64,000 nt of DNA, taken from contig JBAXJQ010000003.1 in assembly GCA_037137775.1 (NCBI GenBank), forward strand, positions 920 to 64,919, given 5' to 3'. This document shows positions 9,959 through 17,634 of the stretch, in pieces (the stretch's first letter is position 1; the number at the start of each line of letters is the position of its first letter). The notes beneath the pieces were generated by a model, which did not search any database, was not told the DNA's origin, and saw nothing but the letters and a program-made list of their open reading frames with translations. The position numbers and the translations under genes were made by a program. Source of the DNA: Candidatus Falkowbacteria bacterium. Its GTDB lineage: Bacteria; Patescibacteriota; Patescibacteriia; Patescibacteriales; GWE2-39-37.

Positions 9959-9974
9959 CAATTTAGTTGGATAT

Positions 9975-10379
9975 ATGCGATTCTCAACCAAAACCACGTA
10001 CGGCCTTAGGGCATTATTTCATGTCGCTAAAGCTTGGCCTGATGGTCATGTGGCCATTAGCCATATCGCCCAGGCAGAAAAGTTGTCCGCAGCGTATTTG
10101 GAGCGGTTGTTTGCTCGTTTAAAAAAAGCCAAGATCATCACCGCCACTCAAGGAGTCAATGGCGGCTATCAACTGTCTGTCGCACCAAATCAACTTACAA
10201 TCTATCAGGTGATTGCCGCACTTGAAGGCCAGTCAGATTTCTTTTATTGTTGGCTAAAAGATGATAAGATTTATTGTAAGGGCGGCTGTGCCTGCGGAGT
10301 TAATGATGCTATGCGGAAAATCGATTCCGCCATCAACAATTCGCTTTCAGCTATTACCCTGGATAAATTAATTGCTTAG
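9975..10379 (+). CDS. Rrf2-family transcriptional regulator (IscR/NsrR-like) with a Cys cluster
   Basis: N-terminal MRFSTKTTYGLRAL wHTH signature. C-terminal cysteines CWLKDDKIYCKGGCAC. Confidence 0.9.
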   Translation: MRFSTKTTYGLRALFHVAKAWPDGHVAISHIAQAEKLSAAYLERLFARLKKAKIITATQGVNGGYQLSVAPNQLTIYQVIAALEGQSDFFYCWLKDDKIYCKGGCACGVNDAMRKIDSAINNSLSAITLDKLIA

Positions 10380-10386
10380 CTTTTTT

Positions 10387-11142
10387 ATGTTTAAAATTTC
10401 AAGGAGTTTGTTGGTGGTAGTATTTTTATTGTTTTTATTTCATCCCGTTGTTCGCGCCGAGGCATTGCCAGATACGGACCAAGACGGAATTTCGGATCAG
10501 ACTGAGATTGAGCGATATTATACTGATCCAAACTTATTTGATTCTGATGGAGATGGGTATGGGGATGGCGAGGAATTGCGTAAAGGCTTTTCACCATACA
10601 ACGCCAAAGCTGGAGTGAAGCTTGAAAAAAGTGACGCTGACAAAGATGGACTTAATGATCGAATGGAGATTAACTTTCACACAAATCCCATTGTGGCTGA
10701 CACTGATGGAGATGGATATACGGACGGGGAAGAGGTAAAAAATGGCTATGATCCTCTCCATGCTGATGTGAAGTTGGAAAAATTAATTAAAGTGAATTTA
10801 GCCAAACAAGAAGTTGAATATTTTTTAGGCGAGGTGAGATTGGGCAAATTTCGAATTTCCAGCGGTAAACCTTCAATGCCTACGCCAAAAGGCACATTTA
10901 CGATTGATGGCAAGACACCACGAGCCTGGTCTAGGCCGTATGGGTTATGGATGCCGTATTGGATGTCATTAAATCATGGCAAGTTCGGTTTTCATGAATT
11001 GCCAGAGTGGCCAAGCGGCAAAAAAGAGGGTGCTAGCCATATTGGCAAGCCCGTATCGCATGGATGTATTCGTTTGGGTGTAGGCGATGCTAAAACGCTT
11101 TACGATTGGGCACCAGTCGGCACTAAGGTAATTATTTATTAA
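10387..11142 (+). CDS. secreted L,D-transpeptidase (YkuD domain) with N-terminal thrombospondin type-3-like Ca-binding repeats
   Basis: Signal peptide. DTDQDGISD, DSDGDGYGDGEE, DADKDGLND and DTDGDGYTDGEE repeats. Catalytic SHGCIRL motif. ATG at 10387 is preferred over the TTG at 10372. Confidence 0.85.
   Translation: MFKISRSLLVVVFLLFLFHPVVRAEALPDTDQDGISDQTEIERYYTDPNLFDSDGDGYGDGEELRKGFSPYNAKAGVKLEKSDADKDGLNDRMEINFHTNPIVADTDGDGYTDGEEVKNGYDPLHADVKLEKLIKVNLAKQEVEYFLGEVRLGKFRISSGKPSMPTPKGTFTIDGKTPRAWSRPYGLWMPYWMSLNHGKFGFHELPEWPSGKKEGASHIGKPVSHGCIRLGVGDAKTLYDWAPVGTKVIIY
10468..10770 (+). repeat. two tandem coding repeats of about 45 aa (DxDxDG Ca-binding type) inside the L,D-transpeptidase gene
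   Basis: Each unit ends in ...GF/YxPxxAxVKLEK. Seen in the translation. Confidence 0.6.
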
Positions 11143-11148
11143 ACATAT

Positions 11149-11535
11149 ATGTTATATACGGAAAAAGTAATTGAGCATTTTCAGCATCCTCATAATCAAG
11201 GAGTGATTGACGATGCAGACGCTATTGGTCAGGAAGGGAACTTGACCTGTGGTGATGTTATGAAAATATATCTCAAAGTGGGTGAAAATGAAAAAGGGGA
11301 AAAAACAGTAGGTGATATTAAGTTTGAGACGTTTGGTTGTGCGGCTGCAATTGCTGTTTCATCAGCACTGACCGATTATGTTAAAGGCAAGACATTAAAC
11401 GAAGCTGCGGCAGTAACCAAGGATGAAATTGTTCAAGATCTTGGTGGGTTACCTGCGCCGAAAGTGCATTGTTCCATGCTTGGCGTGGATGCACTGCGTC
11501 AAGCGATTACTCAATATCAAACAACTCATAAATAA
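11149..11535 (+). CDS. iscU: Fe-S cluster scaffold, IscU/NifU N-terminal type
   Basis: Three conserved Cys contexts (LTCGD, FGCAAAIA, HCSMLG). 128 aa. Confidence 0.9.
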   Translation: MLYTEKVIEHFQHPHNQGVIDDADAIGQEGNLTCGDVMKIYLKVGENEKGEKTVGDIKFETFGCAAAIAVSSALTDYVKGKTLNEAAAVTKDEIVQDLGGLPAPKVHCSMLGVDALRQAITQYQTTHK

Positions 11536-11546
11536 TAATCATAATT

Positions 11547-11771
11547 ATGAAAGATAAAATTGAAGAAAATTTAGCCAAAATTAGACCGGCCTTGCAAATG
11601 GACGGTGGTGATGTCGAATATGTAGATTTTGATGAAAAAACAGGTGTGCTACGGGTTCGCTTGTTGGGTCATTGCGCGCATTGCCCTATGTCACAAGTAA
11701 CATTGAAGCAGGGCATTGAGGCCACAATTAAGCAGGCTATCCCCGAAGTAACTGCCGTTGAGCAGGTCTAA
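11547..11771 (+). CDS. NifU C-terminal (Nfu-type) Fe-S carrier domain protein
   Basis: 74 aa. DGGDVEYV and CAHCPMS (CxxC) motifs. Confidence 0.8.
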   Translation: MKDKIEENLAKIRPALQMDGGDVEYVDFDEKTGVLRVRLLGHCAHCPMSQVTLKQGIEATIKQAIPEVTAVEQV

Positions 11772-11789
11772 AAAAGTAAACAAAGCCAA

Positions 11790-13019
11790 ATGACATATTT
11801 TGATCATAGCGCCACTACGCCAGTGGACAAGGATATTTTAAAAACAATGTTGCCCTATTTTTCTGGCAATTTTGGTAATGCCTCATCTATTCACCAATAT
11901 GGCCAAAAAGCTATGGAGGGGGTAGAGTATGGTCGTCAAATCGCAGCGAAATACTTTAATTGCCAGCCTGATGAAATTGTTTTTACCGGTGGTGCAACGG
12001 AAGCTAATAACTTGGCAATTCGTGGCTTAATCGCTGCCATAAAGCGATCCAGCCAGCATATTACGCCCCATGTCATAACTTCGGTAATAGAGCACGACTC
12101 TGTTTTAGAGCCATTTGCACAGCTTGAACGTGAGGGCACAGCCGTAACTCACATTCCTGTTGACTCAAAAGGGGTAATTATTTTTGAAAAATTAGAAGCC
12201 GCCATAAAAGATAATACCGTCTTAATTTCGATTATGTATGTTAATAGCGAGGTGGGTAGTATTCAACCAATTAGACAAATTGGTAAGTTGGTTCGGAAAA
12301 TTAATGAACAGCGGCAGAAGAAATGGGAACAAACCATTCCAGCTGATCGAACAGCTAAGCCATATCGCTTATATTTTCATACTGATGCAACGCAAGCGAT
12401 TAATTTTTTACCTAGCGATGTAAAAGAATTCAATTTGGACATGCTCTCTATGTCCGCTCACAAGATTTATGGTCCCAAGGGTGTAGGTTTGCTCGTGATA
12501 AAACAGGGCACACCATTAACTGCATTGCAGCTTGGCGGTCATCATGAAAATAATCGTCGTAGTGGCACTTTGAATGTGCCTGGTATTGTTGGACTAGGCA
12601 AGGCGTTAGAAAATTTAACCAATGAAAACATAGCCAAGCAAAATAAAAAAATTGCTGTCTTGCGTAATCGTTTAGTTAAGGGGGTGAAAAAACTAGTACC
12701 AAACGTAACACTAAATACGGACATTAAAAATGCAACGCCTGGGCATGCTCATTTTTCTTTTCATGGTATAGAAGGGGAGTCGATTTTAATTTCCTTGGAT
12801 TTAGCCGGAGTTGCAGTTTCTACTGGGTCTGCTTGTGCTTCAAATAGTCTTAAGGCCTCCCATGTGTTAATTGCGATGGGTATTCCAGTGGAAATCGCTC
12901 ACAGCTCTATCCGGTTTACGTTAGGCAAACACAACAAAAAAAGTGATGTTGATCACCTTTTAACCGTTTTACCTGATATTATTTCAAGACTACGCAATAT
13001 GGCGCCCAAGCTAGATTAA
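11790..13019 (+). CDS. cysteine desulfurase (NifS/IscS family, PLP-dependent)
   Basis: SAHKIYGPKGVG (PLP lysine) and active-site STGSACAS loop. 409 aa. Confidence 0.92.
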   Translation: MTYFDHSATTPVDKDILKTMLPYFSGNFGNASSIHQYGQKAMEGVEYGRQIAAKYFNCQPDEIVFTGGATEANNLAIRGLIAAIKRSSQHITPHVITSVIEHDSVLEPFAQLEREGTAVTHIPVDSKGVIIFEKLEAAIKDNTVLISIMYVNSEVGSIQPIRQIGKLVRKINEQRQKKWEQTIPADRTAKPYRLYFHTDATQAINFLPSDVKEFNLDMLSMSAHKIYGPKGVGLLVIKQGTPLTALQLGGHHENNRRSGTLNVPGIVGLGKALENLTNENIAKQNKKIAVLRNRLVKGVKKLVPNVTLNTDIKNATPGHAHFSFHGIEGESILISLDLAGVAVSTGSACASNSLKASHVLIAMGIPVEIAHSSIRFTLGKHNKKSDVDHLLTVLPDIISRLRNMAPKLD

Positions 13020-13318
13020 TGAAAAGGGGATTCAAAAGTTTCTGGTAAATCGCTGAGTGCATTTTTCTCAGCGATTTTTTGTTCAACCTGATTAAAGGCA
13101 ACAGTATTAATTTTATCGCCAGATGACATAATTTGCATGGTCATTAGTTCTGATGATAAGTCGATTGACCGCCAAGCATTTTCATAGATAAAACTACCGG
13201 TAAAAAATAATGCGGTACCTGAAATAATGGTAATTAAAAAATAGATTACCAATAATGATTTTTTATACGTTAATTTTGTTAGAAATTTTTTCATCATATT
13301 ATTTCCAAAAGGTTTCAA
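13016..13318 (-). CDS. small single-pass membrane protein, last gene of the pilus operon
   Basis: N-terminal TM helix. Overlaps the pilO-like gene by 20 nt. Its stop codon overlaps the convergent cysteine desulfurase stop codon. Confidence 0.4.
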   Translation of the reverse strand: MKPFGNNMMKKFLTKLTYKKSLLVIYFLITIISGTALFFTGSFIYENAWRSIDLSSELMTMQIMSSGDKINTVAFNQVEQKIAEKNALSDLPETFESPFH

Positions 13319-13880
13319 TATCTAAATTCATCGTTACATTATTAGAATCAAAATTACTGTTTACGTCTGATGGCGTAACAACTCCGCCCGAACGAATAAA
13401 ATCAAGTTTGGTAACATTGATTTGGTAATTCATTTTTTCTAAATGTCGTAAAAACTTTATTTGTTGGCGATAAACACCTTCGGAAGTAATTGAAAAAAGT
13501 ACTTTATCACTGTTAGCCTTCGAGTCTGATTTAAGTGAAATTACTGCTTTTAAACTGCTTGAGGCCGCCGAATTTTCCAGAGAAGTAATGAATTGCAATT
13601 GCTCGTTTTTGGGAATAAACATTTGGTCAATAGTAGCGATTTGTGGTTCGATTTTTTTTATGGTTTCAATTGTATTCCGTGATTTCATGGCGGATTGGTA
13701 TTTTTTTTCCATCGCAGTATATTGGCCTAAAATTTCATTTTTTATTTTAGAAATATCAGCCATGCAAGGAGTGATAATCGCATAAGACCCGCCACAGACT
13801 AATATAAAAATCACCAAATTAGTGATAATCACTCTTTTTTTGTTATCCAATTTTTTTATTGCCAGGAACTCTAATTTCAT
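13299..13880 (-). CDS. PilO-like pilus assembly protein (bitopic)
   Basis: One N-terminal TM helix followed by a coiled-coil segment. Position after the pilM and pilN-like genes. No strong motif. Confidence 0.5.
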   Translation of the reverse strand: MKLEFLAIKKLDNKKRVIITNLVIFILVCGGSYAIITPCMADISKIKNEILGQYTAMEKKYQSAMKSRNTIETIKKIEPQIATIDQMFIPKNEQLQFITSLENSAASSSLKAVISLKSDSKANSDKVLFSITSEGVYRQQIKFLRHLEKMNYQINVTKLDFIRSGGVVTPSDVNSNFDSNNVTMNLDIETFWK

Positions 13881-14413
13881 TTTATTGTGGATAAATTATA
13901 TTTGGCAGGAAAAGAAAAGGGAACATTTTCTTTTTGCAGAATGTCGTTTAATGAAAGCTCGAACGGTTCAATGAGTTTGGCAATTTCTAGGCCATTTTTA
14001 AAATCAATTAAATCGGTCCGTGTTTTAGCTACTCCCTTAAGCATGACAATCCCTGTGGCAGCGTCTATGCTGATTGAGTCCAGGTTGATATTGGTGCTAA
14101 TAAAAGTTGATAATGCAAGTAAATATTTAGTCCAAACTGTACGTCCGCGCAAAGCCGTTTCGGCTACACTGATTTTTTGATTATAAGTTTTAACTTTGGA
14201 GTTAAAATTTTCGCCAGAATGTTTGACTAGATTAGTTTGTTCAACCGCTGTTTCGTAGGTAAGTTGTAACACAAGCTTGGCAAGAACAAATAAACTAGAA
14301 ATAACACAAGCAATTATAATTAAAATAAAATTTAATCGGCGCAACAGCATAAATAGGCGTTGCATGGTAACGTCTTTCTTTTTTTCTTGTGAAATAAGGT
14401 TAATAGTCAACAT
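13877..14413 (-). CDS. pilN: PilN-like (fimbrial assembly) protein
   Basis: Conserved N-terminal INLISQEKK motif that typically binds PilM, one TM helix, and translational coupling to the adjacent genes. Confidence 0.6.
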   Translation of the reverse strand: MLTINLISQEKKKDVTMQRLFMLLRRLNFILIIIACVISSLFVLAKLVLQLTYETAVEQTNLVKHSGENFNSKVKTYNQKISVAETALRGRTVWTKYLLALSTFISTNINLDSISIDAATGIVMLKGVAKTRTDLIDFKNGLEIAKLIEPFELSLNDILQKENVPFSFPAKYNLSTIK

Positions 14414-14415
14414 GA

Positions 14416-15570
14416 TTACATTTCGTCTAAAATTATATTGCGCAAAGCAAGGCCAATGGCCGTGGTAAAAATTAATTCGGAATGTTTAGTGGCGATTAAT
14501 TCTTGATTGGAGTCTGAATTTTTTAGGCCCAACTTTAATTGGTACGTTTCTGTTAGTGCTTTATTGATTTTTTCAGGACGATCAGTAATTTGAGCGAGAG
14601 GAGTTGCAATAGACGTTTTAATACCCAATTTTTCTTCCAAGATTTTATCTAAATTTTCAATATTCGATCCTCCTCCACAAAGATAGATTTGTTGGATGCT
14701 ACCTGTCTTAGGGAAATGTGATTGATAAAATGCGATCGTATCTTTAATCTTTTGGATTAAGGCAATAATCGCTTCTGCTAATATTTCCTTGACGATGCCA
14801 TGTGCTTTGGTTTCGTCTAGACCACAAATAATTTTGGCTTTTTCAGCTTGTTCGGGTGATATATTTAAGTTTTCAGCAATTTTATGTGTTACCTCGTCAC
14901 TAGAGAAGGGTAAGCTTACAGAAAAGAGTACGGTTTGCCCAGCAAAAAAGATTAAGCTGGCTCGTTTTGCCCCAATATCAAGAATGGCATATCTAGTATT
15001 TTGCTGGTTAGTCTTATCTCCTTTTTTTGGTTCGGGAATTAAGGCTCTGCAAATGGCTGTTGACTCTAACTCGAGTGCGGATAGTGATAACCCGCAGGAG
15101 TCAAATAAGTTAGTGTAGGCATCAACAATGGTTCTAGGTGCAGCACCAAGAAGTATGGATTGTTTGGTGTTTTGAGTTGATATTATCTGCCAATCGTAAT
15201 AAATTTCTTCAATAGGCAAAGGAATGTGTTTTTCCATTTCAATTTTTACCATTTCGGTCAAATCATTCGGAGTCTGCTCTAATTCAATTAATTTTGTGAA
15301 GGTTTTATTTTCAGGTAAACAAGCCACCACTTCTCGAGAAGTTATGGTGCCATATTTGGGAGTAGCAATTAATTGCTTGATGGCCTTAACAAGCTCATCT
15401 ATTTTTACAATGTCAGCCTCATCAACAATTCCTGGTGCCAAATCAATTTTATTTATGGCTTGTGTTTTAATCTTGTCACCAACTTTGGTTAATTGAAATA
15501 ACTTAATCGAAGTATCGGAAATATCAATGCCGACTGGATAGGATGTTTGTGAAAATCTAAACATAATCAA
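14416..15570 (-). CDS. pilM: type IV pilus assembly protein PilM (actin-like ATPase fold)
   Basis: 384 aa. GIDISDTSIK and ILDIGAKRASL phosphate-loop-like motifs, LCGGGS motif. Confidence 0.85.
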   Translation of the reverse strand: MIMFRFSQTSYPVGIDISDTSIKLFQLTKVGDKIKTQAINKIDLAPGIVDEADIVKIDELVKAIKQLIATPKYGTITSREVVACLPENKTFTKLIELEQTPNDLTEMVKIEMEKHIPLPIEEIYYDWQIISTQNTKQSILLGAAPRTIVDAYTNLFDSCGLSLSALELESTAICRALIPEPKKGDKTNQQNTRYAILDIGAKRASLIFFAGQTVLFSVSLPFSSDEVTHKIAENLNISPEQAEKAKIICGLDETKAHGIVKEILAEAIIALIQKIKDTIAFYQSHFPKTGSIQQIYLCGGGSNIENLDKILEEKLGIKTSIATPLAQITDRPEKINKALTETYQLKLGLKNSDSNQELIATKHSELIFTTAIGLALRNIILDEM

Positions 15571-15615
15571 ATTTATTTTGATTGTATTATACCATTTTTT
15601 GTAAAATGGTGAAAG

Positions 15616-17028
15616 TTATTTCTCTTCCCAGGAGATGAATGCATATTGACCGGTAGTCGGGAAGGAGGGAGGTGGTGCATAAGTGAGTAATGGGTCGTAT
15701 ATAGAATTGGTTATTTTGTAACCATCAATAGTGCTAGCGCCTGAAACCCAGCTCCAGGTCCACGTTTGGTTAGTTAATACACTGCCATACACTTCAATTG
15801 AATTTTTTACACTAGCAGTGTTGTAGCGGTTATGAAAAACTCTTCCGTTTTGTGCTAAAAGTACCCCATCTATAATTAAATTATTCGGTGCACCGCGAAC
15901 CACTTTAATATTTTTTTGGGCAATTAAACCAAGTACATTAGTTCCATCTCTGGCAAGATATTGTAAATTATTTACAATATGAATCGTGCGGCGCTTGTTA
16001 ACATTGTCGGGCAAAGTTGCAGCTACTAATGTTACGCGACCTTTAACGGTACCTTCAACCCAAACATCACCATCGTTCACAAAGATTACGCCGTTTGCAG
16101 GAATGGTGTAATCAGTCGCGATTCCTTCGGTAGTAATGGTTTCCGGGGTATTTACCCAGCTAGTCCAGGTATCGTCAAATTGATTTATATTGCCTACCGC
16201 GCTAACAAGCTTAGCGTCAAAATGACCATTTGCTTTGAAAATAATATGATAGCCTTTGTTTGAACCGGTTGTATTTAATGTTACGCCTGCAATTGACTGT
16301 AAATTGTTTAAATCTGCAGTAATGCTATTAAAATCAACAGTAACTACTGGGTAGCTCCAAAGTGGGCTATTTAGACCAACACCCCAAACTCCAGGACAGG
16401 TGCAATTCGGATTGGACCAGGAACACGGAGCATGGCACGTCGCTTGTGTATTGCACCCATGGCCGCTTTGGCAGACATAGTTTTGTCGAGATGATGCCAC
16501 CAGTGAATCATTGGTACCATCCATTCTAACGCCACCGTTTGAGTGCATTTCACCAACCACACGTTCATTATTACCAAACCAAGCATCGGCATTGGTTAAA
16601 AATGAGAAATGAGCCAACGAGGGAATACCGTATCGAACCTCAACAGCACGGGTTGAGTTTGGATATTCATCCACCCAACCAGTGGATTTTATTTTAACAA
16701 TGGTTGAACCAGTTGGTGGGGGGGTAATTTCTAGCTTAAAGTGGCCTGCCATTGAATTACTGGGATCGGTGTAGTCATGGGTATATGGCCCTGCTATGCC
16801 TGTGCCGTCTTGGAAATCATCTTGATCATGAGCCAGGTGCCAACGATAATAGTTGACTCCTGCCTCTGCGATATGCAATGCTTGCTGTTTGGCAGTTTGT
16901 TGTTTGTATAACCTCATCTCAGAGAAGCTAATACCGGTTAAAGCGGTGGCCATAGAAATAAATAGCATAGTGATAACAAGAACAACTACGAGAATGGTGC
17001 CACTTTGTTTATTGGTTATAATTAGCAT
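15616..17028 (-). CDS. PilX-N-domain pilus-associated protein with a large Cys-rich extracellular region
   Basis: N-terminus KQSGTILVVVLVITMLFISMATAL...SEMRLYKQQ...AGVNYYRW resembles the PilX N-terminal domain. Cys cluster CQSGHGCNTQATCHAPCSWSNPNCTCPG. Confidence 0.6.
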   Translation of the reverse strand: MLIITNKQSGTILVVVLVITMLFISMATALTGISFSEMRLYKQQTAKQQALHIAEAGVNYYRWHLAHDQDDFQDGTGIAGPYTHDYTDPSNSMAGHFKLEITPPPTGSTIVKIKSTGWVDEYPNSTRAVEVRYGIPSLAHFSFLTNADAWFGNNERVVGEMHSNGGVRMDGTNDSLVASSRQNYVCQSGHGCNTQATCHAPCSWSNPNCTCPGVWGVGLNSPLWSYPVVTVDFNSITADLNNLQSIAGVTLNTTGSNKGYHIIFKANGHFDAKLVSAVGNINQFDDTWTSWVNTPETITTEGIATDYTIPANGVIFVNDGDVWVEGTVKGRVTLVAATLPDNVNKRRTIHIVNNLQYLARDGTNVLGLIAQKNIKVVRGAPNNLIIDGVLLAQNGRVFHNRYNTASVKNSIEVYGSVLTNQTWTWSWVSGASTIDGYKITNSIYDPLLTYAPPPSFPTTGQYAFISWEEK

Positions 17029-17031
17029 AAT

Positions 17032-17634
17032 CTAGAGATTATCTTTAAGGTTTCGCAATTGGACGTTAGTATTGACTGAATAATAAATTGGTGCCCGTCC
17101 TGGTGAGAGATCGACTTTTATTGAAACATGAATCATTCTGATTTGTTGGGTGCTACTCGCTGGATTGGCAATTAAATTGCCAGCGGTGTCATAGTACGTA
17201 AATACTGGTGCTCCATTGTTTCGTACGTAATTAATAATCGTACTAGTAGATTCAGCTCCAGTATAAAGCAGTGGCGAACCGGCTGGCTTGATGCTGCCTC
17301 GATAAATAGTTGTACCAGAAAGATAATAATGTAATTTTTCCGTGAGGCTATCGTTGTCGGTATCAGCATAAAAAGTGAGCGAACTAGTACCAACGATTGC
17401 TAAAGGATAATTGCCATTAGCGCTTGGGGCTGTTTCTCGAACCTCCTTAACTAAGGGGTTTAGAGCTTTTCTGGCATTTTGCAAGGCTTCATTTTGTTCG
17501 GTTACAAAAATATTGGTTTTTAAACTGCTAAAAATATAATCGCTGGCAATAATTGACACCGTTAAAAATATTGCCATTACAACCGTAATTTCCAATAAGC
17601 TCATGCCCAAGGTGTATATATTAAATCTTGCCAT
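17032..17634 (-). CDS. type IV pilin-like (minor pilin/pseudopilin) protein
   Basis: Prepilin-type N-terminus MARFNIYTLG/MSLLEITVVMAIFL, with Glu at position +5 after the cleavage-site Gly. Confidence 0.7.
   Translation of the reverse strand: MARFNIYTLGMSLLEITVVMAIFLTVSIIASDYIFSSLKTNIFVTEQNEALQNARKALNPLVKEVRETAPSANGNYPLAIVGTSSLTFYADTDNDSLTEKLHYYLSGTTIYRGSIKPAGSPLLYTGAESTSTIINYVRNNGAPVFTYYDTAGNLIANPASSTQQIRMIHVSIKVDLSPGRAPIYYSVNTNVQLRNLKDNL

Noticed and set aside
16371-17393. Same-strand out-of-frame 73-aa ORFs (16371-16592 and 17172-17393) inside pilus genes
   Set aside because: They are nested in longer ORFs with recognisable pilin/PilX N-termini, and there is no independent support.
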